From contig CM022673.1 of the NCBI GenBank assembly GCA_012295275.1, positions 2,356,001-2,420,000 on the forward strand: 64,000 bases of DNA, written 5' to 3'. Shown one piece after another: positions 12,801 to 26,516 of this stretch; the stretch's first letter is position 1; every line of letters starts with the position of its first letter. Source of the stretch: Chrysomallon squamiferum. Its lineage: Eukaryota > Animalia > Mollusca. The notes under the pieces were generated by a model, which did no database searches, had not been told where the DNA came from, and saw nothing but the letters and a program-made list of their open reading frames with translations. The translations under genes were made by a program, and so were the position numbers.

Positions 12801-14639
12801 CTAAAAACAGAATACAATTACTTACTGGTAACCTGTAATAATTTAATGCACATTTAAATAAGCTGTTTTTCAGAGAACAATGAGATTTAAATAAAAATAA
12901 AAACAGAAATATAAACAAGTGTTTACTTCACAACAATTCAGTGGCAAATAATCAGTCATAAACATAATGAAACATTAAATATATTAAAACAGTATGTGTG
13001 GATGCAGGCAGGTAAAATAATGACCTACAGTAAGTACAAATCTATTCTCTATCACCTTTGATTTAATTTATTAAAGAATCTGCTGTCACTCCAGATAGCA
13101 GTTAGGTGATAAATTTCAGACTAATATACTTCCTGGTTTAATTGGTTTGTTCAAAAATATATGCCTGAAAGGCATATGTTTGTTTTGTATTAGCTAATAC
13201 TGCCACCTGGTTTAATGTTATTTGTGAATTTTATCCAATTAAATCTTTACATAAAATGCTTCTTTGGCAAAATAAAGGCAACACTGTAAATATACTGAAA
13301 GTACTTCATATATTCAGCTTTGAAACTTTAAAAAAAAAAATATTTTATTCTTGTCCTAAGACAAAAGGAGATAACAGCAAATAACATTATCAAAATATAT
13401 ATCAAATAGATTGTTATTGCTGTAATTTAAGTGCAAGTAAAATAAACTAAAAAGACAATATAAAATTATAATAGATACCTTCTCAGACAAAGAAGAAATG
13501 GGGATGGACTTTACTGTGTCAAAGAAAAATTATGTTCTAAATATGAGCTTATTAGTATAATCAAATTTTAGTCTGAATAGTGAAAAATATATACAGGTTT
13601 AGCAGTACCACAAAGGAAAAAAAAAAACATACATTCAAAACTTTAAAAAACAAAGTACTAGTTGCAATGCAAATATCTAATGTGATTAACACATTCTTGT
13701 AACATATTAACAGATACACATAACCAGCCCTTTTTTTTATACCCAGTACTGAATTCATACAGTGGCATTGTAAACTGAATCAGAGTAAAACAAACTCATT
13801 ATATAATGTGTAAATGAGGAATAACTTAATTATTATATGAATACAGTGTAAAATTTGTCAGGGTATACACCGAGAATTCTGTATCAGAAGGTGGACTACA
13901 ATTTATGTAGTACAACTCTTCGTATTATTCAACAGTGGCACTAAATATGACGTTAATGTCACCAAGACAAACATTAAAGGAATACATGCAAGAACAAGAA
14001 AAAGCCAAAAAAGAGGACCAAGATGGACTTAGCCTGCTTCCTACAATGCTTTACCACTAACCTCACTTCAGAGATATTTTAACAAGAACACAATTCTATT
14101 TTCTCTTTCTATCACTAACATATGCACACACACCTATCTAGAAAACTTACAACAGAGTAACAATTATACCGACTGCAAGTAGAAAAATAAAAACTAAATA
14201 TTATTTGGTTCATTTGTAATGTTGATGGTTTTGGGGGATTTTCAACAAGCTTGAATATCTAATTATTATTATAAAAAATATATTTTGAATCTACAGTTCT
14301 GAAACTGTTGAGAATGTAACCTTTACTAAAATTTTAATTACTGAAAGACTAGTCCAGTTAAATAAACATAAAAACAAATATTCTCAATAATTATAACACA
14401 CAGCTTAGCTATTACTGACACAATTATTTCAGGTCCATAACATTTTTCTCAGAGATACAAAGTAATTTTCTAATACTTACAGTTATCTCTTCACTTTTGT
14501 AACCCAGTTTTTCTGCCAGCATGCGCCAGTCATTACCAGTCAGTGTTGCTTTGGGGTCAAGCTTATTGGCCAGCTTAAACCTTGTACTGTGTTTCATAAA
14601 CTTGAATGGAATTTCTGTCATATTCAGTTTGTTGAGCAT
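9822..14639 (-). CDS. DEATH-linker-SEFIR adaptor, CIKS/Act1 (TRAF3IP2)-like, gene B (probable B/A chimera), ~549 aa
   Basis: Exons 14639-14481, 12106-11950, 11730-10924, 10704-10484, 10127-9822; all GT-AG and in frame (1650 nt). Death domain (KLDPKATLTGNDWRMLAEKLG...VLEALQEMERKDALEVL), low-complexity linker, then SEFIR motifs YVLITYG, VIVGITPGY, IYMHMYNEF, NKRLFPV, HIPSWMQSTTRYIF, which parallel Act1 KVFITYS, IIVAISPKY, YIHRMMQIEF, NFRFIPV, HVPTWLQNTHVYSW. Confidence 0.8.
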
Positions 14640-17600
14640 TCTGATATCAACCTGGGTTTTAAAAAGTGGGATCACAAGGAAACATCCACCCAGACAGAAA
14701 CATCATAATACACCTAAAGAAAACAAGTTTATTAACTTTAATTTGTGTCCAGTTAATTTTCTTCTTAAGATGTCTGTATCTAAAATAAAAAAGTAAATGC
14801 ACCACATAATTATTATAGCCTATTATTTGCTACTATTAGTCTAACAACAGTAACAATAATTATAATAATAAAAAATTATGACATTAATAATAATAATAAT
14901 AAACAAATAAATTATTTGTTTATTATATGGAGTAATCAATCCAGTGGGTCTAGTATACTGTGGTCTATCACAGTTTGGAATAACCATTCATAAGTAACAC
15001 AAGACTTGTTTGGCAGCAGGGCATAGACTAAAGTTATAATGAACTGCTAAGTGGAACATGAATCATATATGGCTGTTTCAAGATACCAAGTGCCATGGAA
15101 AAGTTACCATCTCCATGTACAGAGTGTCAGCATCATCAAGATGTTGGGCAATAGGAGGGACTGATGAGTGTACACATAACGTGCGAGCATGCATGCCCCT
15201 GTCCCAATTCTTTTAATTAAATAAATTACTTAATGAGTAGTTAGCATTAATCAGGCCCTGTGGATTGCTCAGCACCTGGACCAGTGGTGCCAGCTGAATC
15301 CCAGTTTCAAACCAGTACCAAATGAGAATAATAGCAGAGCCCAGAATACAATCATTATAGAGTGCACAACTGTCATACAAAAGAAAGAAACTGCTCAGGA
15401 TTAGGACCCACAGTTTGCAGAAATTCACCAAGGTCTTGAAGTGTTCTAGGAACTGGAGGAGTTAGCCACTGGTTAGAAAAGGTTTGTTTACATGAGATAG
15501 GAGCAGATATCAATGCATGAACCTCATCATGACACTGGGTTTGAGCTAGGAGCTGGCCAGGTTTGTTGCTGGTGTTGGTAGCCTCGGTCATCATTGCATT
15601 TCGAGGGTGTTCCAACCGTAAATCTGTTATCATGTTGCCACAACACTCACCACTGAACATTTTAACAACTTCCACCACAACATGTCTTTATGTACTGAAT
15701 ATTTGGTATACATAAAACCATCTCTGCTGATCTTGGTACCACTCCTATCACTCTGTATGACTTCCATTGTTGGAATTTAAAACAAGTCAACTTCAAAAAT
15801 AATAAATCCTATTTATATGCATATGGTGTTATCAAGGTTAACTGACAAAACCCCCATTTTGATTGGGAGTATTCTACTTCAGGTGTGACTTGTAAATATT
15901 CTTACCTGATAATATTTTGTGATTTTGTTCTATGACCTTTTTCTTGTGAGATTTTTCTCTCTGATTTATTTTCCTGTGACTTTTTCCGTTCACTATTAAA
16001 CTGCCTTTTTCTTTTCATGGATGTTGTTTTAAAACGCTTCCATTTTGGGCTTAAACACATGGAATGTATTTTTTAGTCCAAATTTTCACTGGTTGATAGC
16101 TCTGAAATCTGGCTGAATTATTTGAGGGTTTCTTTACATTTTCAACTAAGGGTTTTTTTTTTTATTAACCTAATTTTGTTTTGGTGACCAGTACGTTACA
16201 TCTATGTAGAAAGTTTTGTTATTTACAAATAACTACACGTTTAAATGGTTTGGTTTTAAATGTGCAAAAATAAAACCACTGTTTGTCCTATAATATAATT
16301 ATATATGATAAAATAATGTTTTATTTAAATTGTTGTTGTTTGCACTTCATGAATCATTAGTTTAGTCCAAATTTCTGCGACTTATTCTGATTTTTTATAA
16401 ACAAACGCACGATGAAAAAATAAATACATTATCTCTTATTTACAAACAAACATACACAACATGATAGATGATACACTGCCAATCCTGAATCAGGAAGTAC
16501 CAAGATCAACCATTTTCAGAAACATCTGTCACGGTTACAAAAAAAAAAAAAGAAATACATTTTTCTTAGCTAATTAAAATTAATGTAATTATAAGAATTC
16601 ATAATTATTAATATAAAATTTTGAGATTTTTCAAAATATGTTTTAATATGTAAATCCATTTAATGCGGTACTACAAATGTTGATTATTTTCTTCTTTAAG
16701 TATTTCTTATTAATTCCTATACTTTTCTTAATTTATCAGAAAATAATGCTGTGTAAAAACAACTGAAACTAGGGCCACCAAATAACGTTTTTGAATGAAC
16801 ATTTTTTTTTTAGTTTTTTATCTATATCAAATGTGTGTTGAACACTTAACAAGCTGTTATTTAAGTTTCTCTCTTAATGAAATTTCTAGGTAAAAGAAAT
16901 TTTAAAGTTTAAATTAGGTGAATGAAACATGATAAAACAAAATGTATTTTACTATTAATTTGTTGCTGTTTTTACAGTTTTATTTTCATTTTTACCTTTT
17001 TAACATTTTAATAACAATAGAAGCCTGACTCCAGAAGTTTAACCATCTCCAGTCACAAGATTGCCAACTGAACGGTTCACAACCTGCAGGTTTGTTTGGG
17101 TTTTTTTTGTTGTTTGTTTGTGTCTTTTCCATTTTTTAATTTTTCTTTATTTATTTATTGCTATTGTTTTTTTGTTTGTTCTTTTTTGTGTTTTTTTCGT
17201 GGTTTTTTTTTTGAAATAAATAGTTAAACAAGAAACATAATAAGAACAAAATTATAAAGTGATGTCTCAACTGAAATAATTGTTCTGTTGATATTAACAT
17301 TATTATCATCAGTTTGAGACTCGGGTTAAAACAAATGATAGGGAGTCCTATGCATTCATTTTTCAGGAGCTGAATCACCATCTGATTCCTAGATTCAGAT
17401 AAATATGTTAGAGAAGCTATCATATAAACAAATAAACTTCACTGTATATAAAACCTTATTATTGAACCAAGTTCTTGTTCTTCTATCTGAAAAGTTCTCA
17501 ATAAAATAATTCTGTGGCATGTTTTCTTTTTCTTTTCTTTTTTTTTTAATTGCAGAAGCTGATCTAGTGAGCTGTTTTGTTTTATGCATTTTCTAAATGA

Positions 17601-20600
17601 TAGTGTTCAAACAAAAAACTAAATAAATTTAATATAAAAATATTTTTAATAAAAATAATAGAGGTTAATTTTCAGAGTCAACTATATAAATATTAGTGTA
17701 ATCACTGGTAATTTCATTTGATACTTGCATAATGTCTCAATATACATTTCAAATAAGCAGATAACAATTAAGTATTAATAAATAATGAAATTTATATAAA
17801 TAATATCTGTAAGTGTTAAATCATGTACAAAAAAAAGTAAATCACAATTTTATTTAGATCATATATTCCTTGCAGTCAGCACTGATATTAGGTTCTTTAA
17901 TGTATTTAAGACTACCCAGTCACTCACTAAGTTATTTTGTATTACTCTGTGACTCCAATTTTATGGAACATCCTACATAGACAAATTCCAAAAATATACT
18001 TTATCAGTCATTATCTTGAATAATAAAAATATATATATACTTAAAATGAATTATATAAATATATAACACTACCTATGTTTAATAGCAAAAAAAATAAAAA
18101 TATATTTCATTATTGCATGTATATTTTCTATAAGGTTTGTGGCTAATAATTAAGTAGGTTTATATATATTGTCATAATATAAATATATTTATAAAAGTTA
18201 ATAAAAGATGTTTGACATTGAATTATAATCATTAATCTAAATACATGTAGTTATCACAAATTATTGTTATGTACTGAATTCAAATACAAAGAAATGAAAA
18301 ACTGATAAATGACAAACTTATTTCCATGTACAAGAAGCAAAGTATGACAAAATTCAGTGTTGAAATGTTTTAGAATACAGAAGTAAAGATGAAACGTCAT
18401 ATATACAAATAAAATTTGTATAAAATAATCGGGGTAATTCAGCATAACAATTATTACATTAATAAAATGAATCAAGATACATAAAATCTTATTTTAAGAC
18501 CATTCTGTAACACTGCACATTTATAAGGTAAACATCTATAATTAAGCGGTAACATTTCGTACATATATATATATATAAAATAGCAAATTAACTGGTCAAC
18601 TCTAATACATACAGTTAATATATATATATATATATAAGGTTTCACTTTCTGAAAATAACTTCAATAATTATATTTTTTAAAGCTGATATGTTTGTACAGA
18701 ATAAAAAATAATTTACTGTGATTACGTAACAAACATTTTATGTGGGTATACTTTTAAGGAATATTTCATAAACAAAATATAAAATTATAAAAAATAATTA
18801 TTAAACAAATATTTTCTATGGTTACAGATTTGAAGTTGATGTATTTTTGGTAATTGAAATACAAATTAAGTATTCAAAATTATAATTTAAAAATAATTTT
18901 CAATCATTATTCTTCCTGTTGTTTTCTGTTTTGTTTTATCAAAGAAACAATTCTACATATTTTGCTACTCAAAGAATCAAATAAGAATAATATAAATCAG
19001 TACCAATTAAAACTGTACAACAAAGTAATTAAATTTCTCATTTTCAAGTCCTTTTAAAAATAAGTATCCAAATTTATTAATTTAAAAATCATTTTGGATT
19101 AATGCTGTAGTTTCTTTTTTTTTTTTTTTTTTAAAGCAAAAGGCGATATATTTTCAATGAATATTTTGCTAGTCAAAGAATTAAATAAAAATTAAACATG
19201 TCAATACCAGTTAAAATAAAATAATTAAATTTCTAATTTTCCAGTGCTTTAAAAATAACTATTCAAAATAATATTTTAAAAATCATTATGAAAAATGATT
19301 TCTGTTTCATGTGCTTTAAATCAAACTTTCTCTAATGACAAGTTTCACGTGCAGTGCTGTGAAATTTTATTTTAAAATGTAAACACAAATTAAACAATTC
19401 CACCTCATCATTCACAGGAGAAATGTTTAAAATTATAACAAAATTTCCAAATTATTTCAACAGCAAACAATCTTTGCTAACAATGAATGATAATAATAAT
19501 AACATGCTACTCAGAACATTTTGTTCCAGATGTCAAATCAAATGTATAAAAATTAAAAGATAAATCATTGCAAAGTTGGTTTATCCATTTTATTTATCTG
19601 GTATTATGTCTTTAAATTAAACAGGTCAACAAAATATCACAAATGTGAACATTTATTTTTGCATCTGACATTTCAGGTGTTCAATCAGATTCTTTGTTGA
19701 CATCTTCTTTTTAAAAATATATCTTGTAGTTGATTGCATCCAGCTGGGAATGTGACTGTCATCAGTCCTGATTCTTTTACTTACAAGTTTAACAGGAAAC
19801 AGTCTTTTGTTTAGGGAATTATTCCTATGAAATTCATTGTACATCTTCATGTAAATTGAACAGGTATCCTGTTGATGGAGACTTGCCTCTGCTTCGTTCT
19901 GATGTGCACTGGTGTAGCTAATGTATCCTGGTGTAATACCTACTATAACACATGATGCCTAAAACAGATGTTTGTTTTAATATTTCTTATCAACACATGA
20001 ATGTTTCTTAAACTAGAAAAAGTATAAGACTTAATATTTCAAACATTATAATTGTTTGTTGATAGTTACTTTTTAATTTGTGTATCACTGCTAGAAGTGA
20101 AGCCTTTTGTCAAAATATTTCTTGTATACTTTCATGCTTCAAAATATTTCTTACTTCTTAAAAAAATTTAAATATACAAGTCTAAATATTTCAAGTTTGA
20201 CGATAGTTACTTTTTAATTTATACACTGTACAAATTCTTGTATTCTCTTCTATGTATATAATATATAACAAATAACAATTATAGTTACAAATCAAATTTC
20301 TTTTTCATACCCTTTGTTATTTTAACATATTTATACAAACCTTATTAAAGAAGCTTTCTAAAGCCTCCACATGACTTTGCCTGTCTTTATGTTCAACTGA
20401 TTTACTCAGGATACCTGAACCATACATTCTGCTGCTCATGTAAACTATGACATTTATTTGATTATCTTCTAATTGTTTTATCAGCTCCTCAATCAACTGT
20501 TCAATTTTTGTGTCATATTCCCTATCACCATATGTGATAAACACATATTTTTTCAAGGCATCTGTTAAAAAACAACAACATAAATAAATAAATAAATAAA

Positions 20601-20789
20601 ATTATGGTCTGATAACAAGTAATATGAAAAAAGTATCCTAAATATAAAACAAAAAAAAAAAAAAAAATTTAATTATCAAAAGTATTAAGGTTATAATGAA
20701 TGATGACAATGATGGCTGAAGTAAGTTGCCAATACTCTAAAAGCCATAATCATTATTAAATTGTTATTATAATGTATCTACATATAAAT
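12247..20789. repeat. Tandem segmental duplication, right copy (matches 1..10927)
   Basis: Same alignment as the left copy; this copy lacks 1939 bp equivalent to 2572..4510. Confidence 0.95.
14963..15992 (-). mobile_element. Truncated copy of the MULE relic (3' part and one TIR deleted)
   Basis: Colinear with 4511..5499; starts at the deletion junction tatactgTGgtctatc (~14962). Confidence 0.85.
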
Positions 20790-23762
20790 AACAAATAGTC
20801 TTCACAACAATTACTGTGATTAAGGTTTATGATGTTGTGCAAAGTGTTTTTCTTCTTTTTAGTTAGACTGAGAAAATAAAACAAATTTAAATGAAATATC
20901 ATAATGTCTATGACTTACTCTCTATTTCCTGACTTGATAATGGAAAACTTGTTGCATTGCGAACATATGGAATTTTCACCTGTACATAAACTATTAGAGG
21001 AGAAGGTTCTGTGAATCTGTTTCTAACAGACTGCAATTGATCTGGGGAACAATGCTGTGGGATATCTTCAAATGGACAACCACCAGTGCCTGGAGATGCT
21101 GCAGTTGGTGTGAATTCTCGTCTCATTTGAGTGCTACAAGTACTGCAGAATTGTTGGCAAAGATGACAATGTTGGTCACATATTGTGCATGGTTCACCTG
21201 TAGGCATTGAAGGTGGAGAAGCTGAAACTTGGGTTTCACCATCATCACTTTGTGCAACCATTATTGGATAACAATCATTATTTTCTGACTCATCCTCATT
21301 TATAGTTTTTCTTAGTGTTTCCTCAGTTAAATTAACTGCCACTGGGACATTGCTGGCTGGAAAATAGGGGAAGGAATTTGCCATAGGGTTCTGATTGCTG
21401 CTGTAAAAGTTATGACAACATGAGGAAAAACACCCTGAATGACAAGTTTCCAAATTCTCTCTAGGAGACCTATGTCCTTCATATTGATAACATCTTCTTC
21501 TAAAATTTCTAACAATATCTAAAACAAAAATTGGAAAAAAGAATACATAATCAGTGTCGTGTATGCAACAGCTACTGCAGATTATCTCTAAATTTGAATA
21601 AATGACTAATTTTATACTTCTCCATTTAGGTCTACTACTTAGGTTTTGAATATTTATAATAAAACCAAATGATCAAAATGATGCATAACTCAAAAATGTA
21701 AAAGATTATCCTGGTACCAGATTAATTATTTTTGTTAGAATGACAGAACTTTCAGGTTCTCTATTCACACAGAAAGGGAAGAGATACAGTTAATAAATCA
21801 ATGTTAATCTTTGTCACTTTGTTAAAACTATGTTACATTAACCATTAAAAACTATGTTACATTAAAAAATGTTAAGCAGACAGCAGGAAGTAAAGAATTT
21901 TCTCCTGTAGGTATTAAGTAGCTGAATAAGAGTTGCCTTTTAACAAGCTAATAATTTAAGGCTCAGTTGAAGAAATTTACATATTTCAGACTATTTCTTT
22001 CATAGCTACTTTTATCTGAATATCTACTTGTTTTATGTATGAGCAGCTAAAACAATACATAATAACTTTTGTAATGTAAAAACACTTATGATTAAATGAC
22101 TTCTTCGTCTACATAATCGAGTATAAGTAATATTTACTATTAATTATTTTTAAAATAGAAACATTAAAGATGAATATACAAAAAAAAAAAAATTAAAAAC
22201 AATAGGAACCATTTTTAGCCTCATCAATCAATTTATAGCAGCCAACACCCATATCTTTAAGTGTGTCATAAAGCTGTCCAATAGTCACATTCCTCCTCTC
22301 AGCTTCAACAAGTACAACATTTGTTATACTGGTGTGATTGTGGTTAGCTCTCATGGCCTAAAAGAACAAAATTATTAATAATAAACAAACAAATCTTGGA
22401 AAATACATACACAGATTTGAATCATAATATATATCATAATACTATTATATTATGAAAATAATAACAAGAAAAAGAAGATAAGATAAAATTTGTATTAACG
22501 AATCAAATGACTTTGAAAATATAAGAAACTATATGATACACATAAAGAGGAATTTGAATTCAAATAGTGTCTTGTTGGAATAAATGACAGTTTAAAAGAG
22601 ATAATTCATTCCTGTGTAATACAAGTTAAGCAGTCATTTTCTGAAATGCTTGTAGCTGCAAATGTCATAGTTTTTGTAATCTTTCAGGAATATGGGATAT
22701 AATGAGAAACAAAATTCTTTTATATTTCATATACAGCTCATGAACATGACCTGACACAGCTTTTATATAATATTGTAAATAAGTTTAAAGTCTGTCTACA
22801 TTAAACTGCCTGAACACCATCATTATCTCGGCTGCTTAAACAAAAAATATGCAGTAGTCTCCAATTTTTGAGGTTTCTGGACTTCCAAATTACACATAAA
22901 AGATTATCAACCTTTAACTTTAAGCCTGTAAAAGTTTATGCTCTTAACTTTGTATAAAAGAACTTCCATCAAATATTCTTCACTAAGTTTCATTAAGATA
23001 AGTAAAGCAAATTATAATCTGTAAAAATACTGGGTTTAATTTGCAAAATCGAACAAGTGTATTTACCTTTATTAATTATTTAATTAATGTTGATAATTTT
23101 TAGTATCAATAAAACTGTGATTTCATTAGGCACTTCATACAAGAGTCTTTCCTTGTCAAATTACCCAGTGTGTTTCACACTTGGACTTTGTAATATCTTT
23201 GTCATCTGGATCGTTGTTGGTATGAATTAAAGGAAAAATGTAATCAACTTTATAATATACTTCAACATAAAAAAAAACTAATGACAATTTATAATTGTTA
23301 GCCAATTAACTTTCCACTGATAATGAGGATTATGTTATTAATGTGGTTTGTAAATTCAAATAAAAAATTTATCAACCAATGGTTGATGAAAAGAAGTATT
23401 TTTAGAATAACAAACAAAAACATTTCTGACCTAAAATTAAAATTTCTAAAGTGTTAATTTGATACAAGAACTATTTGATATTGTATCTATCTCATCATCA
23501 AAATTAGCAAAATTAAGCAAAGTCTGAGAGAAATGGATTAAAATTTGTATTCAATTTGGGGCATTTTCACATAGAATGACTCAGAAATAAAAGTACATAC
23601 ACTCATTTCTAATGGAGTCATATTCAACAGCTTTTCCCCTAAATGTCTATAGTCTTGAATGCCATGAAGTGGATCTTCACTGTCCAGAAGAGTACTAATT
23701 TCTTTCCTGACAAATGCTGGTAGACAACCAACAGAAATTCTATAAAGTGATTCCTCATCCAT
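19653..23762 (-). CDS. DEATH-linker-SEFIR adaptor, CIKS/Act1 (TRAF3IP2)-like, gene A, ~478 aa
   Basis: Exons 23762-23601, 22357-22210, 21518-20919, 20561-20341, 19958-19653; all GT-AG, in frame (1437 nt). Divergent death-fold N-terminus (VRKEISTLLDSEDPLHGIQDYRHLGEKLL...VTIGQLYDTLKDMG), Cys/Pro-rich linker, SEFIR (KYVFITYG...SLNKRLFPV...HIPSWMQS). Same exon phases (0,1,1,0) as gene B. Probable UTR exon donor at ~24388. Confidence 0.85.
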
Positions 23763-24751
23763 TATTTTATTTTTCAGAAAAAAAATCACTCCCTTCTCAA
23801 ATCATTTTGATAGTGTTACTTGTCTGAAAACTCCTTTAAATAGGTAAGCTGAAGTAAATGAAAAAGTGCAAATTAGTCATTTAATTCAAACTTTAATTGT
23901 ATACATTTAATACTGTAAAGCCTGTTTTGTACATTACATAAAACTGCATAAAAGAGCTTCAATCAAATATTTTTTTATGAACATTTTACAAAGAGTGCAA
24001 CTTTTATTTTTATATCATAAACTATTATATATATATTATAAACATGTGATATAAAATAACTAAATTGTTAAATGAAGTGATACAATAATTTAATGATTTA
24101 TCGCAATGTTGTAATAAATAAATAAGGAAGTAACCTTCGCTTATAAAATTGCATTTGTAGTATAATTAACTATTTTCAGTGTTATGAAGTTAAGAAACCG
24201 ATCAAAACAAATTATAGTTAGTATTAAATAAATAATATTACCAAAAGATAATATAAATTACTTTGTTGTTAACAATCCTAACGAAAGCATAATCACCTTC
24301 AACTTTTAACTTTAATGGGTGCATTAAATGATTAATCCACAGTTCTCTACCCATAATTTATCAAATTGTACCAAATCAAAAACGTACCTATTTAACAGCG
24401 ATCCCCTCTCCAACAAACGCACACTTTAGTTTGGTTATTTATTTTTAATCTGGTATAAATCTATAAATTTGGTAAATTTAAATCTAAGTATAACTTAAGA
24501 AAAGTGATAGTGTTTTTTCATGTTTCTTTATTTCTTTCTTTTTAGTGAGAGTTAAACGAAATAAAAAATTGTATAGTCACCTTTAGGAAAAACGATTAAT
24601 AGATTACCATTTCTCAGCATCTTGCAATTTTTCTTGAATCTGTTAATATATTATTGTCAGATTTTGTTTTCTTATTATTTTACCTTAATAATTATCAGCC
24701 ATGTTGGTTGTTGCTTAAATTAATATATGTTATTTATATTTTATTTGATAA

Positions 24752-24803
<52 letters not shown>
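24752..24803. repeat. (ATT)n microsatellite
   Basis: Direct reading of an uninterrupted ATT run. Confidence 0.9.
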
Positions 24804-24809
<6 letters not shown>

Positions 24810-26516
24810 TTTATTAATTTTTATTTATTTTTTTTTTTTTAAACTAAATAAAATTAGTATTTATTTACTCGACATACTTGTGAAACAATATCACTACTGC
24901 AATTGAAATAGTGAAAACAATTAAGTCTATCACTGTATGGCAACTTTCATGATAAGTAATGTATTATCTCCAAAATTGAGAACATTATATAATTATATTG
25001 ACTGAAAACTAATTATGTTAGAGGATCGTTATTGGGGTATAACTGTATGCATCCAATATAATTTAGTTTGGATTATAATATACAAATAAATATTGATTGT
25101 CCAAAATATACTGTATGTTCATGTTTTAAAAGAAGTGGAAATATGTGATTTTTTTAGAAAACTTGAATGAATAACAACACTTTTGAAATTAAAAATATTT
25201 AATTACATCTGGTTAAAAATATTTAATTACATCTTTTTTGGTTGTTTTTGTTTTTACCCCTAAAATTTCCATTCAGTGCCTCCCATCTTATTACACTCAT
25301 CCTTTTCCCTTACCTATATGATCTTTGATAAGCAGTACGCTGTGCCAATGGAAATTAAATATTATGCTTACCATAAAACCCATTTAAAGTGTATAATCAG
25401 TACAAATAATGGTCAAACGAATATTAGTTTTGAACACATGGGTGGCTCTAGTCAAATCAATTAGCCCTATACCCATGTCATGATATGAATAAATTATTCA
25501 ATAAAACTTGTTTATAAGTAAAAAATTATTTTTTTATTGTGTGTGTCAAAGAGTTTTCTTTTAAAATATTATGATATAAAAATGATCCTGTTACAAAAAT
25601 CTGTAATGCCCCCACTTTATCATTTCAACGTTATCTTGTTCATGGCCAGCTGATTTGATTCTGATGGTAGAAGAAACTAGAGCAAACATATTCACTACAG
25701 AAACATGCCAACACACTTAGTGTTTAAAACTTTATCCTTTTGTTGCTGTACATCATTATTAAATGTTGAAATGAAGAAAACAGCAATATGTATATAATTT
25801 GGAAAAATGCAGAATATAATTAGACTATATTTTTATAATTAAATTCATCTCACTAATCTCTTCAAAAGCAAATTTAAATTCATTTTCTATGTAGATCAAA
25901 TTTCTTAAATGTCTAGTTCCTTAATACATTTTTTTTCATAACTGACTTTAAAATGATGGTATCAAAGACGTAATCAAAAATAAAGTGCAGACAAGATCAC
26001 ACAGACAATTTTATTGAAAATACAAAACATTTGTTTTTTGGATTTTTGTTAAAATTAGAAATGGATAGGTGTAATAAATTTATCTACAGCCTAAAAGAAT
26101 GAAAAAAGAAGAACTGAAAGACAAGTCTATTCTACATCTAAAAAAAGATATATTTTAAAACTAGCCTTTCTAATCAGAATTCATTTTGTATTTTTGAAAA
26201 ATGTACTCCTTCATGAATATCTAATAAAAACATTGAATTTATCCCATCAGATAATGCAAAATTAGTGGCATAATTCTATTAATTAAATCAAAGGGTATGG
26301 TAATAATGTGCATGTGTGATGTGTGTAACATTTTTGTCACTATTCAAAATTTGCAACAAATTACTAATATTTTGTCTTGGATTTAGAAGTGTTAGTTTCC
26401 TCTTTAATTTTAAATATATGTGTGTATGTGTGTGTCTTTTCATATTGTCAAATATATTATCACTCTCACACACATACATTATTTTAATTTCATAATTATA
26501 TGTTGTATGTTTATTG

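Noticed and set aside
21327-21515. 62-aa minus-strand ORF (MLEILEEDVINMKDIG...) as a domain continuation
   Set aside because: Splice phase from exon 22357-22210 selects the other frame (DIVRNFRRR...LETCHSG).
24654-24842. Poly-Ile ORF, and similar poly-Tyr/Phe ORFs at 29960, 58401, 59192
   Set aside because: Translations of microsatellites and AT-rich low-complexity DNA.
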